Part shown: positions 60,801 through 64,000 of the stretch, piece by piece
Layout of the letters: every line of letters starts with the position of its first letter
Numbering within the stretch: the stretch's first letter is position 1
NCBI GenBank assembly: GCA_964247055.1
Contig: OZ176053.1
Coordinates: 5,580,001-5,644,000, forward strand
Source: Paragordius varius
Taxonomy: Eukaryota > Animalia > Nematomorpha
DNA length: 64,000 nt
Direction of reading: 5' to 3'
Notes under the pieces: model-generated
Told to the model about the DNA's origin: nothing
What the model saw: only the letters and a program-made list of their open reading frames with translations
Databases searched by the model: none
Made by a program: the position numbers and the translations under genes

Positions 60801-63800
60801 ATTAAGACAAAAATGAAATATTATGATGATTATAATAACCTTTAAATATAATTGCAGAATAATAATAATAATTATTGTTAAAGGAATAATTAATTTTATA
60901 TTGAAAAAATTATTTTATAGCAAAAATGTCATGCGGGCATTGAGCTATTGTTTTTTCCATAAAGATTATTATGGAGGGGGGGGGTTAATTTCCCAATTTA
61001 ATTTAATTAATTTATGTTTAATAACAAAAATTTGTAAATAAAAAGTAGGTAATACTTTCATCCGAATGTCCTGTCACAATATTATCCGGGTAACAAATCG
61101 ATATCTTAAACCAAAGAAAATCATCCGTAGTGTTGGTTATGTCATCAAATGTTTCATGGGGTAAATTTAATTGAGCAACTATGGCGTAACAGGCTCTATA
61201 AAATAAAAAATATTATTCCTATATATAATTTTAGCAAAAGAATATGTTAGTATAAGGAACATTTTTGCACATATGCAACAACATAGGCTTTTTGAAAAAA
61301 CAATAGGATATAAAAAGAGTTTTCGAAACCGCGGTAATTGGCTTTTTTTCAATTATTAATACAATCAAACCTGCTTTTTAATGTGTATTGATTTTAATTA
61401 TAAAAAGGTATTTTTTCAGCTTTAAAAATTGTATATTTATATATTAATACAGAAAATATGGAACCAATATGTAAAGAAATATGAAACCGGACATAATTTT
61501 TCCCTTTTTTAATTGAAAACTAAAAACAAGATACACAAAAAATTGATTTATAATTAAAAAACAGTTCCGATATCCCTGGAATTAAATAATTAGAATTTGA
61601 AAGTTGCACAAAAAGCTTTAAACTTTTTAAAAGAGTCATTTGTGTGTCGCACAGTTTTTCGATACTCAGTTTGCAAAATATTTCGTTTTTCGCCGAATGT
61701 TGGGGCAGATGTGGTAGAAATCGATGAATTTTGATTCCCACATAAATAATTGGTAAAATTTTCAACGCTTTCATGAGCGGTAACCAAATCATTCAAACAT
61801 TGCGTAAAGTTTGGCCCAATAATATGTCTGTGTATTATAAGTAGGTATTTTTTTTAAAAAATGTCTAGATACTGAATAATTATCATTAAAACTGTTATTG
61901 GACATCGAATAATAGAACATTATTGTTTTATGTCAAATGAGAATCATGTTAAAACAATGGGGCCGTTTCAAAAATACATAAAAATAATATAGAAAACACT
62001 ATTATATATAACGTCGAACATATTTAATTTCAATTACTATAATATACAGAATGTATATGTTTGACCCATTCCCATTATTGTTGACCAATTGTCAACACAG
62101 TAAAGTATGCGTAAAAACGATCGAATGTTGAAATAAAACAATTTTTTCCTTTTGTTTAATTACTTATGGACGAAATTTGTTTTATACCACACGCCACTGT
62201 ATTACCAAATTGGCCAACAATAATGTGAATAGGCCAGCCTAAATACGTCTACTGTATAATATCGCTGACATAATTTAAAATTTAAATAAATATAAGAGAC
62301 TAAAAATTATGGATTAATAATAATTTTAACTTATTTCCATAAATTCTCTTGCCCTTTAAACATTTTTTGCAAAGTTCTAATGATCTGAATTAAAATTTAC
62401 ATTTGAAAATTATTAAATAAGACACTTCATAGATAGTTTTCTTCGATATTCAAAAAAATCCAAAAGCATCAAATAAATGAATATAATTTATACCAAAAAG
62501 TAATGAAAAAAATCAAGATTATACTTGACCAAATTGACATAATGCAGAGCTATATTGAATTGTCCAGCACGTAAGGCATGATATAAAAACATCCAAATAG
62601 GGACGGAATCAAGTGTCAATTTATTGTCTTCACTACTCGAATAAGCCATACCCCTATCATTTAACCGTGGCTGTTTCATTTTTAACAAAAAGTTAAAGTC
62701 AGATATAATGGCATAAACGTAATTTATAAAATAATTGTTCATTTTGGAGTTGTGAGTGTTATAAATATAATAAAAGAATCAACGGATGAAAAATTTGTAA
62801 GTAAATAATGTATCGGTTTTTTGGTAAAAGATAAGGTGATAATTTATTCCAAGATTTCAAAATAGTAAGTCACGATATTTTTGGGATGTCACAAAAAAAT
62901 AATATGCAAGTTTTATATATTTTTTGGCATATAAGATTTCAATTACATTTACTTTTTTATAATTTGTTCTTAGTTATTCAGTTTAACATATTACACTATA
63001 TCAACCAAAAAAGAATTATCAAAAACTTGTTTAGGGAAAAAATAATACATTATACCTTTTCATCCAACATGGTTGGATTATAAACACCCCGTTTGTTTGC
63101 TAAATGCCAAACATATGCTCTAATGTTAAGATAAGCATTAGCTATGATAGAATCTGAAAATTCGATTGTTTTATGCGCTAATTTTGACGTAGGAACGACC
63201 GAACCAAAAAAGGCGTTATTTGTTAACTTTGGATCAACCATGTAAGTTCCATTAACGTTCCCAAATTGATTATTAATGTTGGATTGTTGTTGATTATTAT
63301 TTTCAACATACTTTTGCACATGTTGAAAAAATCTAAGGATAAAAGCGTCAAAAATGGATGAAATTAAAAGGTTTTAAGATGATAGCAACATTGATAATTA
63401 ATTGTAAAAATGTATAATAATAAAAGTAATTATGATATATTTACGTGAGCATCGAATGCCAATATTTTAAAATATACGAATCAATTAAAGCAAATAATTT
63501 TAAACAACACTTAATATCTATCCACTATGAAAAGCTTCAAAAAAAATAGGTATTGTATTGACATTTAAATAAATTCCCCTATGCAATTCAAATAATAAAA
63601 TTTTATAGCTTGCGTAAAGGATAAGCGAAATATGTGTTAAAAGGAATGTAAAGCTACAAAATTTTGAAAATTCTGCTACCAAATTAATTTATACAGTTTT
63701 TCAACAAAAATACAACTTATGGTTTATATTTACCCAAATTAAAATTTCATTCTCATAATAAGGTTTAAATGTATGGACAAAATATAACTTATGCAAATCA

Positions 63801-64000
63801 TGTAACTTTTTGCTGTAAAATTCGGTAAGGTTAACATTAGATATAAAATTATAAACTAAAAAAATTACTGAGTTTGAAGGTATGTCTTTGTATAATATAT
63901 ATGTTCGCATTGATATTCAGAGCTCGATCTGTATTCCAATATGGCTTTGCTAAAAGAATCACCAAATGTGGCATTTAACCCATCTGTTAAAGTATTAGGC
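54809..64000 (-). CDS. NUP93: Nucleoporin NUP93/Nic96, 3' part (5' exons lie beyond the window edge)
   Basis: Exons 63869->64000, 63056-63332, 62525-62670, 61624-61827, 61056-61195, 60426-60578, 60121-60264, 59634-59785, 59514-59550, 59266-59392, 58358-58577, 58160-58279, 56638-56774, 56137-56272, 55984-56067, 55592-55789, 54809-54931; all in phase. Matches recalled NUP93 segments: VPIWMFLYHALRAG, TTDDFLWFKI, PWLYIRILL, LNLQRLILLYTRGFE...EAISYYFCLR, TFFLLLDICKFF, IIEALRLVP, RADALIMFAGLLPYR. Confidence 0.9.
55031..55580. mobile_element. MITE family 3 (TACCATTTGCACTTCAAGAGTGTCCTTGAACACTTCAA... TIR), in the last NUP93 intron
   Basis: ~50-bp near-perfect inverted ends at 55031-55080 and ~55530-55580, with the right arm carrying extra tandem units. 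A degenerate arm also occurs near 10911-10965. Confidence 0.8.
56287..56530. mobile_element. MITE family 2 copy
   Basis: TTCAAATTCACCC repeats and GGGTGAATTTGAATTGTTCAAGGG arm. Confidence 0.7.
56928..58068. mobile_element. MITE family 1 copy interrupted by a decayed LINE
   Basis: Left arm from 56928 (TACAGTAAAC...GACAACCATACTTTTT); right arm 57995-58068. Confidence 0.65.
57109..57955 (+). mobile_element. Decayed 5'-truncated RTE-like LINE with 5' inversion, in a NUP93 intron
   Basis: The minus part 57109-57561 encodes TKIMITGE..YSCSIC..CISCQMWVHIKC..FLYLG. The plus part 57562-57955 encodes AGIRPALTYSSETW and the C-terminus, homologous to 8955-9247. Confidence 0.85.
58982..59197. mobile_element. 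MITE family 2 copy
   Basis: CCATTTACAATTCAAAT ... GGGTGAATTTGAACTGTAAAT. Confidence 0.7.

Overview
Very AT-rich eukaryotic (animal-like) genomic DNA with intron-rich genes; no prokaryotic features, rRNA or CRISPR. I reconstructed four host genes by hand from GT-AG exon chains. They are an SLC7 (b0,+AT/SLC7A9-like) amino-acid transporter (+, 1889-7906), KAT5/Tip60 (-, 32285-16652, 16 exons), UTP4/Cirhin (+, 38499-52631, 18 exons) and the 3' part of NUP93 (-, from the window edge to 54809). There is also one exon of a small Cys-rich protein. Introns and spacers are full of mobile DNA: three near-intact, mutually divergent RTE-like LINEs (all in or at KAT5), four decayed LINE copies, a non-autonomous Helitron with canonical ends, three TA-flanked MITE families, a hAT-like MITE and a tRNA-derived SINE. 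The most notable observations are: (1) 22-26 nt microintrons clustered at the 5' ends of KAT5 and UTP4 while downstream introns are 58 nt to 4.5 kb; (2) a LINE at the KAT5 stop codon, flanked by two copies of the last KAT5 codons whose substitutions are synonymous; (3) a C4HC3 PHD-type finger inside the RT domain of these LINEs; (4) a shared stem-loop motif (loop AA[G/A]GGCAU) in their 5' UTRs; (5) three independent LINE copies with a 5' inversion plus a 68-175 bp duplicated overlap. All annotation is by eye and from recalled protein families; no searches were run and I cannot determine the taxon.
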